This document shows positions 19,801-27,699 of a stretch of DNA of 64,000 nucleotides, one piece after another. The DNA lies in IMG/VR virus record IMGVR_UViG_3300036785_000305, positions 2,232 to 66,231 of that record. The stretch is one strand, 5' to 3'. Both the position numbers and the translations under genes were made by a program. The stretch comes from a virus. Taxonomy: Duplodnaviria > Caudoviricetes. Within the stretch, counting starts at the first letter, position 1; each line of letters opens with the position of its first letter. The notes beneath the pieces are model-generated. The model was not told the origin of the DNA, did not search any database, and worked only from the letters and a program-made list of their open reading frames with translations.

Positions 19801-21801
19801 GGTACCGTGTTCCACGTCGCAAGTGACGTAATTCACGGCAACTTTGGGAATATCTGGACGGACATAAAGAATGGCGCTAAGAGTATAGTGCCAGTAATAT
19901 CCGATACCGCCAAGCAAATAACGCAACATTTCACGCATCCACAAAATGCCATCAAACAAACAACTCAACATCTCAAGCATACCGCCGATGGTGCCAAGCA
20001 AGCAACGCAACATCTCAAGCACGCTACCGTTACCGCTACGACCTATCGTCATTCGATATCGACGCAACACATTGCTAGGCCGGTCGCGGATGCCGTTACT
20101 ACTTATCGCCATTCAATAGCGACGCAACCTATAGCTAGGCCGGTCGCGGCGCGGGGCGAGACTGGCTGGGCCGGTATTCGTCACGATACGGCGCACCTTG
20201 GAGATATGATAGCGGCTCCTTTCATAAGTATGTGGCACGGCATGGCCAGCATTACTGATGCTGGAATGAAAGGAATAGGCAAGGTCATCCACTTCGGCCT
20301 AGCGTCATTCAATAACTGGTGGAAGCAGCACGGTACGGAAGTCAAGGAAGTATGGCGCGCTCTATGGACTGCCATAAAGAACACATTTATGCCTATCATA
20401 CATTTTGTCCAGATCTCGATAAGGGTTGGCCTCGATGTAATTAAATTCGCATTTAGGGCAATTGCGCTAGTAGTCAGAGTACAGTGGACTTTGATGTGGA
20501 ATGGTGTCAAGGGCGTAGCCAAGGCAGCGGTCGATATTCTCAAGGGGATAATCCATGCCGCCTTGAAGTTTATCCAAATTATGTGGAATCTTGGCTGGAA
20601 TATAATAAAGGACACGCTCAAGGTAGCATGGGATATTATCGTAGGCATTATCAATGTTGCGCTTGATATATTCACCGGACACTGGAAGCAGGCCTGGGAT
20701 GACATTAAGACTGCGGTTACGCAGGTTTGGAATTCCTTTAAGGATATCTTCAAGACGGCATGGAAGACGTTGACTGATGCTGTCGGTGTTGCATTCGGAT
20801 TGCTAAAGACGGTATTCGTTACCGGTGGTGGCGATATAATTCACGGACTCTTCAGCGGCATTACCGGTGCCCTCAAGGATATCGGCAGCTGGATAAGCAC
20901 TAATATCTATCATCCTATTATCGACCATGTCAAGAGCCTATTCGGAATCAAATCTCCTGCGTCGACGATGAAGCCTATAGGCAAGGAAATAATTACTGGT
21001 ATCTTCCATGGCATGTTCTCCGAGGGCAAGAAGATCGAGCAGTTCGCGGCTAAGATTTTCGGTAGCTGGCCTAAGGCAATTCTATCATTCGTTACCAAGG
21101 GGATGGTCGGCGGCATGACCGCGAAGCTGGCTAGCTTCCTGGGTGGTGCGCTAGGCTGGGCTACAAAGGGCATCAAGAATATCGGGGGATTCTTCGGTAG
21201 TATCTTCAGCGCCGCTTCCGGTTCGCATGGCGGCGCGGGTGTCGCTAGGTGGGCCGGTACCGTTGGGAAAGCTCTGACGATGCTGAACCTTCCGCAGAAT
21301 CTAGCCGGGGATGTACTGTACCAGATGCAGACTGAGTCGAGCGGTAACCCGAACATCATCAATACCTGGGACTCTAACGCTAGGGCCGGGCACCCGTCGC
21401 AGGGCCTCATGCAGGTTATCCCTAGTACGTTCGGTCAGTACCATGTTGCGGGTACTTCCTGGAATATCCTCGACCCGCTCGCAAACATTGCTGCGGCTCT
21501 TAACTACGCCAAGCATAATAAGGGCTTTGGTTCCGGTAAGGGACAGATAGGTTCCGGTCACGGGTACGATACGGGCGGCTGGCTACCGACCGGCGTAACG
21601 ATGACCATGAACAATACCGGCCGTCCGGAGCGGATTCTGTCCCCGGATGAATTGAAGGCATTTAATGCCGGGCAGGGTCCGACGTACGTTGCGCACTTCG
21701 ACGGCCTTACTAGCCAGGCAATCAGCGCTGAAGTCCGTACCGCGTTCCATATGATGTCCCTTACGCAAGGGCAGCTAGGCCGTCCGGGGAGGCGAAACTA
21801 A
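16810..21801 (+). CDS. tape measure protein with C-terminal lytic transglycosylase (SLT) domain
   Basis: 1663 aa, Ala/Gly-rich helical with Trp-periodic repeats; 'TESSGNP..IN.WDSNA..GHPSQGLMQVIPSTF'. Confidence 0.92.
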   Translation: MARDTEVGSVTVGVVPDATGIEQKLKDQIVPAAERVGEEAGNEMSNAIEDKMTEGGDKSASKFEKSFKTRLKKALDNLPDAKIEGDVTDVEQKIEEVRAEIQSVYAQPLIDKADAARSIDQIMLKVAALRAEAASGIDIPVDVDTQGMLADFETAITKIRGKAITGALVPGGMFSRIPFSGSAADKVLAAAQQQAAASAMPSMSDIFVEAKALQFARDQAVRRPSFANIPLGMNEIVQDVTSMGPARAKMFEAGAGGLPGVIQGVIREAMPSSPYGGASFVAAVDGIQKATFSMSKEIELLRKPVGDIVRSSDNMATSTEGFGRLLREIAPNPTFGFGTRDLGGRRVWAGRSAERAFRGMGVPEGLLHEPGLGGYLGGARFAAGPDAISDFSNQFSKDLVKFEKPMGDIVKYTANLNGTGQELVRMSDFIRQSDFSNLVTGDTFFKKMADAVARGFRSGQQGVLGRLRGIVSRRGAGAGAPLDTGIPEDVVSSIEARLKSGVPITGELGKFAQFLKSDAARALGTPGPVTPEIIDAIEKRLTTGVPLTGELNKFARYIKLDAALGVRRSLEELIPRYGAGGGDVQKLLGEFGGGHRPAATETLLKAFGAGGGDLEKLLADFGGDIGGAGGGGGGGGFFSKISDFFGKIPGAGSGLLGKVPFAGGNAYAGAGIGGGVLASLPFIGQMLSGGAVAGLGTGLATMGIAGAIHGLSSAATPAQISAARMQSQSTTLATADAQSKLNALMKSGTATAAQLAQGHLAVAAAQTNQAAASSALADLIANKITPAQQAMSDAFKTFGDDFGKSMTTIGAAFVPVLTNIAKVADQVLHVMTPVFAVAEQIIAPAVQNIGGTLLKAFAQPAVQQSITAVAKAFADLLNAMSPNIVSGIGAIANSITNMADSVAKNPRPFADFIKFLFGVVNAAIQAVAWLTRVADWIESFHTFWAAIGKGFDEVIHNIKTVWNWLAHFHDFWKLVWATAQTYFDNFVAGIKIDFKVIGTVFHVASDVIHGNFGNIWTDIKNGAKSIVPVISDTAKQITQHFTHPQNAIKQTTQHLKHTADGAKQATQHLKHATVTATTYRHSISTQHIARPVADAVTTYRHSIATQPIARPVAARGETGWAGIRHDTAHLGDMIAAPFISMWHGMASITDAGMKGIGKVIHFGLASFNNWWKQHGTEVKEVWRALWTAIKNTFMPIIHFVQISIRVGLDVIKFAFRAIALVVRVQWTLMWNGVKGVAKAAVDILKGIIHAALKFIQIMWNLGWNIIKDTLKVAWDIIVGIINVALDIFTGHWKQAWDDIKTAVTQVWNSFKDIFKTAWKTLTDAVGVAFGLLKTVFVTGGGDIIHGLFSGITGALKDIGSWISTNIYHPIIDHVKSLFGIKSPASTMKPIGKEIITGIFHGMFSEGKKIEQFAAKIFGSWPKAILSFVTKGMVGGMTAKLASFLGGALGWATKGIKNIGGFFGSIFSAASGSHGGAGVARWAGTVGKALTMLNLPQNLAGDVLYQMQTESSGNPNIINTWDSNARAGHPSQGLMQVIPSTFGQYHVAGTSWNILDPLANIAAALNYAKHNKGFGSGKGQIGSGHGYDTGGWLPTGVTMTMNNTGRPERILSPDELKAFNAGQGPTYVAHFDGLTSQAISAEVRTAFHMMSLTQGQLGRPGRRN

Positions 21802-22730
21802 TGGCAGTCCCGAAGACAAATACAGGACCACCTATTCCACTAGTCATTGACTATATCGATCCGGATGGGGTTACCTGGCACCTGTCAGACCGCTCGATGT
21901 CTAATGGATACACCTGCTCGGCTATCGCCGGTATCGAGGGTCTTCCGGTAGCGATGCAGTCAATACCGTTGCTTGATGGAACGTCGCTGCCGTTGACGTA
22001 CCTACCGGCGACCGGGACGATCGGCCTAGCAATTCTCGTGACGCGGTCTGCTAACGATGATCAGTTCGCCTACTATACCTTGCTAGACAAAATAGTGCGG
22101 GCATTCTATAACCGGCGTAATGAGCAGCCCGCGCCAGGGACTATCCGGATAACGCGCCCGGATGGCTCGCAGCGGCAGGTAGCGGTCTATACGACTTCTG
22201 GGCTTAATACTCCCGAAGTCGGCGTTAATGATGTAACGCTATATTCGCTAGCGCTCTCGACACTGGACCCGTACTGGAGCGACGTGAATGACAGCGCGCT
22301 CCATTTCCCTCAAACATTCGACAATTCCGGTATCATGCCGATTACATTCCCTTCACCGGGCATACAATTCAATACTAACCGCGAGCAAAGTTCATTCGTC
22401 CTCACTAACTGGGGAGATGCCCTTTGCTATCCGAACTGGCTAATTACCGGGCCAGGCACCCCGACGGTAACGAACACTTCGGTCACCCCTAACCGAACCT
22501 GGGCACTTACTCAGGCAATTCCGGCCGGGCAGCAGGTACAGGTAGTAACGGCGAAGGGGCATCAGTCGTGCAAGAATGTCACGACCGGCGCTAACATATG
22601 GGGCCAGTTGAGTCCTAACGATCTCTTCCCGCTATTTCCGGGGGATAACAAGGTGACTATTACGGTCGCGGGCGTTACGGCAGCAACAGTGGTTGATGTT
22701 GGCTTTACGAATAGGTGGTTGAGGGCATGA
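21801..22730 (+). CDS. distal tail (Dit-like) minor tail protein
   Basis: Follows TMP; 'DPYW', 'TNWGDA..YP.W.ITGPG', 'LFPGDN'. Confidence 0.75.
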   Translation: MAVPKTNTGPPIPLVIDYIDPDGVTWHLSDRSMSNGYTCSAIAGIEGLPVAMQSIPLLDGTSLPLTYLPATGTIGLAILVTRSANDDQFAYYTLLDKIVRAFYNRRNEQPAPGTIRITRPDGSQRQVAVYTTSGLNTPEVGVNDVTLYSLALSTLDPYWSDVNDSALHFPQTFDNSGIMPITFPSPGIQFNTNREQSSFVLTNWGDALCYPNWLITGPGTPTVTNTSVTPNRTWALTQAIPAGQQVQVVTAKGHQSCKNVTTGANIWGQLSPNDLFPLFPGDNKVTITVAGVTAATVVDVGFTNRWLRA

Positions 22731-24037
22731 CAGTTACCGGGTTCGCTGCTCCGCCATTTGCTCTGGCTCCGATGCCGAAGCAGGAGGTTACGGTACAGTA
22801 CTGTGATAACAATCTTAACCCGCTCGGGCCGATTCAGTGGGCGAACATTAACGCAACGCTCAACTATAACTCGGTTGGCTCGTGGACAATACTCGCGCCG
22901 TATTCAGAAGATCTCTGGGAAGTAGTAGTGGGCGGTGGCGACTTTATTGTACTCGTCAATTGGCGCGGGCTTTTTACCTTCGGCGGCAAGTGCGAGACTC
23001 CAACGTATCAGAGTTCGGTACCTGGCGCCACTAACGCCCAGACTGCCGGCTCGTTTGATGGTGGCGAATTTATGACGCTCGCTGGCGCGGATTTCCTACA
23101 GGTCGTAGCTAACCGGCTCGCCTACCCAGACCCGACTAAGGTATGGAAGTCACAGCTACAGGGAAACGGCGATATTGTTGGCGGCATCCCTCTCGAAACG
23201 GCAATCAAGTATTACGTCAATAGGAATATCGGGACGACAACGATAATTCCCCACGGAGGCAATCCGGCTACTATTCCGCCAGCTATCCCTTCGCGGCAGC
23301 ATCCGCTGTTGACTGTAGCCGCCGACCAGGGCCGTGGGCCGGCGGTTTACTACCAAGTCAACTTCGGACTCGGCACCGACCTCAATCTACTGACGGTAGC
23401 TCGTGCGCTTATAACGCAGGCGTACCCGAATTACACTCCTGGCCAGAGCCTTGGCTTTGGGGTCAATTTGGTCGGGAACAAATTGGTGTTTGATTGCTAT
23501 ACGCCGCAGAACAGGACAAACGTCACGTTCTCAGAAAATCTGGGGAACCTGACTTCTATACTCTTCTCGCTGACGGACCCGACCTGTACTAATGCGCTCG
23601 TGCGCGGTACCGCGGTCAATCAGTTTATAGAGGTACCCGGCAACAATGTTACGCCGTGGAATAAGATCGAGGTGTTCCAAGATGGCCAGACTGACGATAC
23701 GAACAAGATCCTTACTACTGTTGGTAGCAATATGCTTGTTGATGGTACCTTCGGGCCGATTCTGAATGCTACGGTTACCGATACGCCAGACTGTATATTC
23801 GGGCGTGACTTTTTTATCGGTGATCTAGTCACTATTGAAGTTAGGCCTGGCGTTACATATACTGACATCGTGTCCAGCGTAAACCTGATAGCTGACCCCT
23901 CGCAAATGCCCATTCTGAACGTATTGCCGATTGTTGGTAACGCTACCGATCCGACTAACTCTAGCCAGTCTATCAATAAGCAGATGGTAGCACAGATTAG
24001 GAAACTTGAGAAGAGACTCGCTCAACTTGGAGGGTGA
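22727..24037 (+). CDS. minor tail / baseplate hub protein
   Basis: Synteny; 'FGRDFFIGDLVT'. Confidence 0.7.
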   Translation: MTVTGFAAPPFALAPMPKQEVTVQYCDNNLNPLGPIQWANINATLNYNSVGSWTILAPYSEDLWEVVVGGGDFIVLVNWRGLFTFGGKCETPTYQSSVPGATNAQTAGSFDGGEFMTLAGADFLQVVANRLAYPDPTKVWKSQLQGNGDIVGGIPLETAIKYYVNRNIGTTTIIPHGGNPATIPPAIPSRQHPLLTVAADQGRGPAVYYQVNFGLGTDLNLLTVARALITQAYPNYTPGQSLGFGVNLVGNKLVFDCYTPQNRTNVTFSENLGNLTSILFSLTDPTCTNALVRGTAVNQFIEVPGNNVTPWNKIEVFQDGQTDDTNKILTTVGSNMLVDGTFGPILNATVTDTPDCIFGRDFFIGDLVTIEVRPGVTYTDIVSSVNLIADPSQMPILNVLPIVGNATDPTNSSQSINKQMVAQIRKLEKRLAQLGG

Positions 24038-24038
24038 T

Positions 24039-25154
24039 ATGGTTACCTACGACGCACGGCCGACGACCTTTACTCCGCTCACTACGCCGTTTGAGTGGGA
24101 GAAGCTCTTTGAAGTCATGGGCATCTTTGATGGCGTTGGTCTTGACAACGACTTCGCGCCATCTGCGCCTTCGGGCACCACCATTCAGGTAGCGGCCGGA
24201 ACGTGTATTATCAAGGGGCAGCTCTGGCGCTCGGATGCCCCGGTTCCTGTAAACCTTCCCGCCAATCCGGGCGCCAACATGTCGCGTGTTGACGTTCTCT
24301 GGATCCAGTACAATCGTGCCTCATCGACTTCAGTCGGCGTCGTTCAACTGGTGATTACCTCGGGTGCCCCGTCAGCATCAAATCCAGCCGCACCCCTGCC
24401 AGTACAGAACCCGGTCGGCACTGGAGGTACCGGCGTCTGGCAGATCCCGATTGCGCAATGGATCGTCAATAGCGTCGGAACGTTCAGTGGATACAAGGAT
24501 ATCAGGCAGTACTGCGGCCGGAATACTACGACGATGATGTCATATTCCAGGCCAATCATGGCGCATACGCGACTCGGCCTGGAGGTAGACACCGGGTATC
24601 TCCTGCTATACGATCAGAATATTAGCGGCTGGCGCGGGATCGGTCCGAAGAACCAGCTCTGGACAGGCAGCCAGACGGCTAACAAGATTACGATGTCGCC
24701 GCTTCACCCCGGTTTCAACGTCGCGGCTAATGACGTCACAAACGCTACTATGGGCACGGTCGCCTACCGGCTTCGCTGCGGAGGTTACGGACATCAGTCT
24801 TCTTCTGCGCTGACGACATTCACGTTCGCTACGAACATGTACGGGTTCGACTGGGGCAATACCGCGGCAGGCCAGATCATCCCGGTTAATGGGGCATTCA
24901 ACTGGGACTATGACGCCGAGCTAATCATTAACCAGAACGGGTCGGGGTCGTTGTATGGAACTATCTCCGTTACCCAGGCGATAGCTAACCCTGGCAACAG
25001 TCAGGGCGTATACGTTATCCAGCACGCGGTGGCTGCGGGCGGTCTCAATCTTTCTGTGCCCACAACGCTGTTCGTCGAGGCAATGGTATCTTCGACTAAT
25101 GGCGCTCCATCGCTAACTTGTATCGGAGCATCTCACGATAGGATCTCGAACTGA
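24039..25154 (+). CDS. minor tail protein
   Basis: 'VAAGTCIIKG...RVDVL...WQIPIAQ' tail-protein pattern. Confidence 0.65.
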   Translation: MVTYDARPTTFTPLTTPFEWEKLFEVMGIFDGVGLDNDFAPSAPSGTTIQVAAGTCIIKGQLWRSDAPVPVNLPANPGANMSRVDVLWIQYNRASSTSVGVVQLVITSGAPSASNPAAPLPVQNPVGTGGTGVWQIPIAQWIVNSVGTFSGYKDIRQYCGRNTTTMMSYSRPIMAHTRLGLEVDTGYLLLYDQNISGWRGIGPKNQLWTGSQTANKITMSPLHPGFNVAANDVTNATMGTVAYRLRCGGYGHQSSSALTTFTFATNMYGFDWGNTAAGQIIPVNGAFNWDYDAELIINQNGSGSLYGTISVTQAIANPGNSQGVYVIQHAVAAGGLNLSVPTTLFVEAMVSSTNGAPSLTCIGASHDRISN

Positions 25155-25363
25155 TGGCAAGGGACAAGAAGGACAAGAAGGGCAAGAAGGGCAAGAAAGT
25201 GGACAATCATAACATGGACGAACTCGACGACAATGGCTGGGTCCAGATCGAGCCGCGCTCAGAGCCTCCTGTTGAGGAACAGGATGAGCGCTGGGCGTAC
25301 CCTGACTGGGACAAGCGCCCATGGATCTCGACAGCAGGCGACCGACGGAACGGAGAAGAGTGA
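25154..25363 (+). CDS. hypothetical protein
   Basis: Translationally coupled on both sides (TGATG). Confidence 0.55.
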   Translation: MARDKKDKKGKKGKKVDNHNMDELDDNGWVQIEPRSEPPVEEQDERWAYPDWDKRPWISTAGDRRNGEE

Positions 25364-26166
25364 TGGGACTTGACCGTATCTGGATGCCTAGCCCTAACTA
25401 CTCGTCGCGCGGAGGGGCTGGTGTCCGCCTTATCGTTCTTCACACGGCCGAGGGCGCCACGACAATCGAGTCGCTAGGCAACTTCTTCGCCAGCAGCAGC
25501 GCCGGGGTCTCGTCGCATGTCGGCGTCGATGACAAGCTTGGCAAGGTAGGCGAGTACGTCACGCGCGGAAACAAGGCGTGGACCGCAGCGAACGCTAACC
25601 CGGTCGCGGTACAGGCCGAGCTATGCGGCTTCGCGTCATGGTCGGATTCGACCTGGCGGAACTCGCACGCGAACATGCTCAACAACGCGGCCCGGTGGAT
25701 CGCGGAAGAGTCCGGCAAGTTCGGCATCCCGATCACCAAGCTCAGCGCCTCTCAGGCGCAGGGGTCCGGGCGCGGAGTCTGTCAGCACCGCGACCTCGGG
25801 GCGTGGGGAGGGAATCACTCCGACTGCGGCAACGGCTTCCCGATGGACTACGTGCTCTCGATGGCCGTGGACATGTTCGGCGGCGGTGACGGAGGCGGCG
25901 GGTCCACGCCACCGCCTACTACCGGCGAGAAGGCACCACCGCTTCACGTCGACTACTTCAGCCAGAACCACAACAAGGTTTGTCCCGACGTCCAAGTCTG
26001 GCAGGCGCAGATGTCCGGACGCGGATGGACGATCTCGGTTGATGGCGACTTCGGGCCGCAGTCCGACAACGTCTGCCGTCAGTTCCAGGCCGAGAAGGGG
26101 CTCAGCGTGGACGGAATGGTAGGCTCTCAGACCTGGGCGGCTTCCTGGAACGCGCCCATTACGTAG
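25363..26166 (+). CDS. endolysin: N-acetylmuramoyl-L-alanine amidase with peptidoglycan-binding domain
   Basis: 'IVLHTAEG', 'SSHVGVD', 'CQHRD', 'HSDCG'; C-terminal 'VDGDFGPQS...FQAEKGLSVDGMVG'. Confidence 0.9.
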   Translation: MGLDRIWMPSPNYSSRGGAGVRLIVLHTAEGATTIESLGNFFASSSAGVSSHVGVDDKLGKVGEYVTRGNKAWTAANANPVAVQAELCGFASWSDSTWRNSHANMLNNAARWIAEESGKFGIPITKLSASQAQGSGRGVCQHRDLGAWGGNHSDCGNGFPMDYVLSMAVDMFGGGDGGGGSTPPPTTGEKAPPLHVDYFSQNHNKVCPDVQVWQAQMSGRGWTISVDGDFGPQSDNVCRQFQAEKGLSVDGMVGSQTWAASWNAPIT

Positions 26167-26174
26167 GAGGAGAG

Positions 26175-26480
26175 ATGCCAGCAGCGCCGCCATCCCTGAA
26201 GGCCCTATACCTGCTTGATGACGAATCAGAGGTAGGTGTCATAGGCGTCGCCGACGCAAAGGATATGCCAAGAACGCAGTCATTCCAGACGTTCTCAGAT
26301 CCAACTGATGCTCAGTTCGTTGTGGAGATTGAGGGGTCGATGGATAGTATCCACTGGTTCTCATTCGGAAGAATTGTTGATCCAGGCATCCGGAGTGAAG
26401 GTCAGCATGCCTTTCAGTTCCTCCGCGCCACGCTCATCTCGATAGACGGACCCTGGCGCCTCGGTCACGGTCCTAGTTAG
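26175..26480 (+). CDS. hypothetical protein
   Basis: AGGAGG RBS; 'VEIEGSMDSIHW' beta-sandwich-like. Confidence 0.55.
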   Translation: MPAAPPSLKALYLLDDESEVGVIGVADAKDMPRTQSFQTFSDPTDAQFVVEIEGSMDSIHWFSFGRIVDPGIRSEGQHAFQFLRATLISIDGPWRLGHGPS

Positions 26481-26494
26481 CTGGAAGTGATAGA

Positions 26495-26668
26495 ATGGCT
26501 ACAATCGACGTTCCGGTCCACTTCATTATCGACACCCTGGATGTCGGGGAGTTCCTGTCCGGCGTTCTTCAGACCGACGGGACGCTTCGCGTCGTCGTGT
26601 GCCCGTTCTGCTTCGCTCTGACGCCTTTCAAGAAGCTTCCAGAGCATATCGAGGGAGCTGGGCATTAA
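26495..26668 (+). CDS. 57-aa protein with CPFC...H....GH zinc-finger-like motif
   Basis: Translated by hand; stop overlaps next ATG (TAATG). Confidence 0.55.
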   Translation: MATIDVPVHFIIDTLDVGEFLSGVLQTDGTLRVVVCPFCFALTPFKKLPEHIEGAGH

Positions 26669-27279
26669 TGCTTAGCAGGCAAGAACTCTGGAAGATGGAA
26701 CTAGACCAGCTCTATCTGGAGCGGGAGACGACCGACCCCGACCCTGAGATGTGGCGGTGGTCGCCGCTTGAGCTGGCGGAGTTCGACCGGATGCTCACGA
26801 TAGCGATCCAGCTCATGCCATTCAAGACTCTCAAGTTCTGCGAGGCTGGATGCGGGATAGGGACCAAGCTATACCTCGCCAAGAACTACTTCAGCTTGTC
26901 CGCGACGGGCTACGAGATCTCGGCGGACTACCTAGCCAAGGCATGGAAGCTAGATGTCGACGCGCGGTATATGGACTTCCGTGACCAGACACCTCCCTGG
27001 GGCGAGTACGACATCGTGTACATCGCCCGCCCCTTCAAGGAAGATCCTGTGGAGGTTGCATTCGAGCGGTCGGCGCAGGAGGGGATGCGTCCCGGCGCGG
27101 TGCTTATGACGGCGTATACATCAGCCAAGCCGTATTCCTGGCGCTGTTACTACCGGGCACCATTCCGCGGTGTCTGGCAGAAGCCGGCCAAGACCGCGCC
27201 TGGCGTCTACGACCAGATGATCAGGCGGCAGGAGCCGTATGACCCTCTGGTGCCGACGCCGGTGGGGTATCCTGGCTAG
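26668..27279 (+). CDS. class I SAM-dependent methyltransferase
   Basis: Motif I 'EAGCGIG', 'GYEI', 'YDIVYIARPF'. Confidence 0.75.
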   Translation: MLSRQELWKMELDQLYLERETTDPDPEMWRWSPLELAEFDRMLTIAIQLMPFKTLKFCEAGCGIGTKLYLAKNYFSLSATGYEISADYLAKAWKLDVDARYMDFRDQTPPWGEYDIVYIARPFKEDPVEVAFERSAQEGMRPGAVLMTAYTSAKPYSWRCYYRAPFRGVWQKPAKTAPGVYDQMIRRQEPYDPLVPTPVGYPG

Positions 27280-27464
27280 TAGTCGCTCGGTTACTTAGCG
27301 TATCTTATTCCGTACGGCTCGGAGAGCGACGGAGACGGCTTGAAGTAGCTCTTAGCGGTCCTTACCTTACCGTCCGCTAAAAGTCCGGCTCCGTTCGGCT
27401 CCGGGCCGTGTAGGGGGTTGCTTTCCGGAGCGCTCGCGGGCCGGCCGACCGGAACTAACCATAG

Positions 27465-27686
27465 TTAGTCGCCGTGGTCGTGGTCGAGGTTTCCGTGGAG
27501 AGATAGTCTGTGAATCGCGGAGTGGTAGGCACGCCAGCATGCTTCCAGGTACTCGGTGTCAGTCCAGTCCATGTACCGGAACCGGAGGATTGATTCGCCA
27601 TGCCTCGCCTCCATATGCTTCTTGAAGAAGTCCACGGTCATGAAGTCGGCATTACGAACTCTTATCAAGTCTGTGTCTGCGTCCAT
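27465..27686 (-). CDS. small His-rich protein
   Basis: 'KKHMEARH...HSAIHRL...LDHDH'; paralog of 38282..38473. Confidence 0.55.
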   Translation of the reverse strand: MDADTDLIRVRNADFMTVDFFKKHMEARHGESILRFRYMDWTDTEYLEACWRAYHSAIHRLSLHGNLDHDHGD

Positions 27687-27699
27687 TCTGCGTCCCTTG

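Noticed and set aside
26440-26490. Possible +1 frameshift giving a 'DPGASVTVLVSWK' C-terminus to ORF 26175
   Set aside because: No slippery site; cannot be told apart from a natural end or a sequencing indel without reads.
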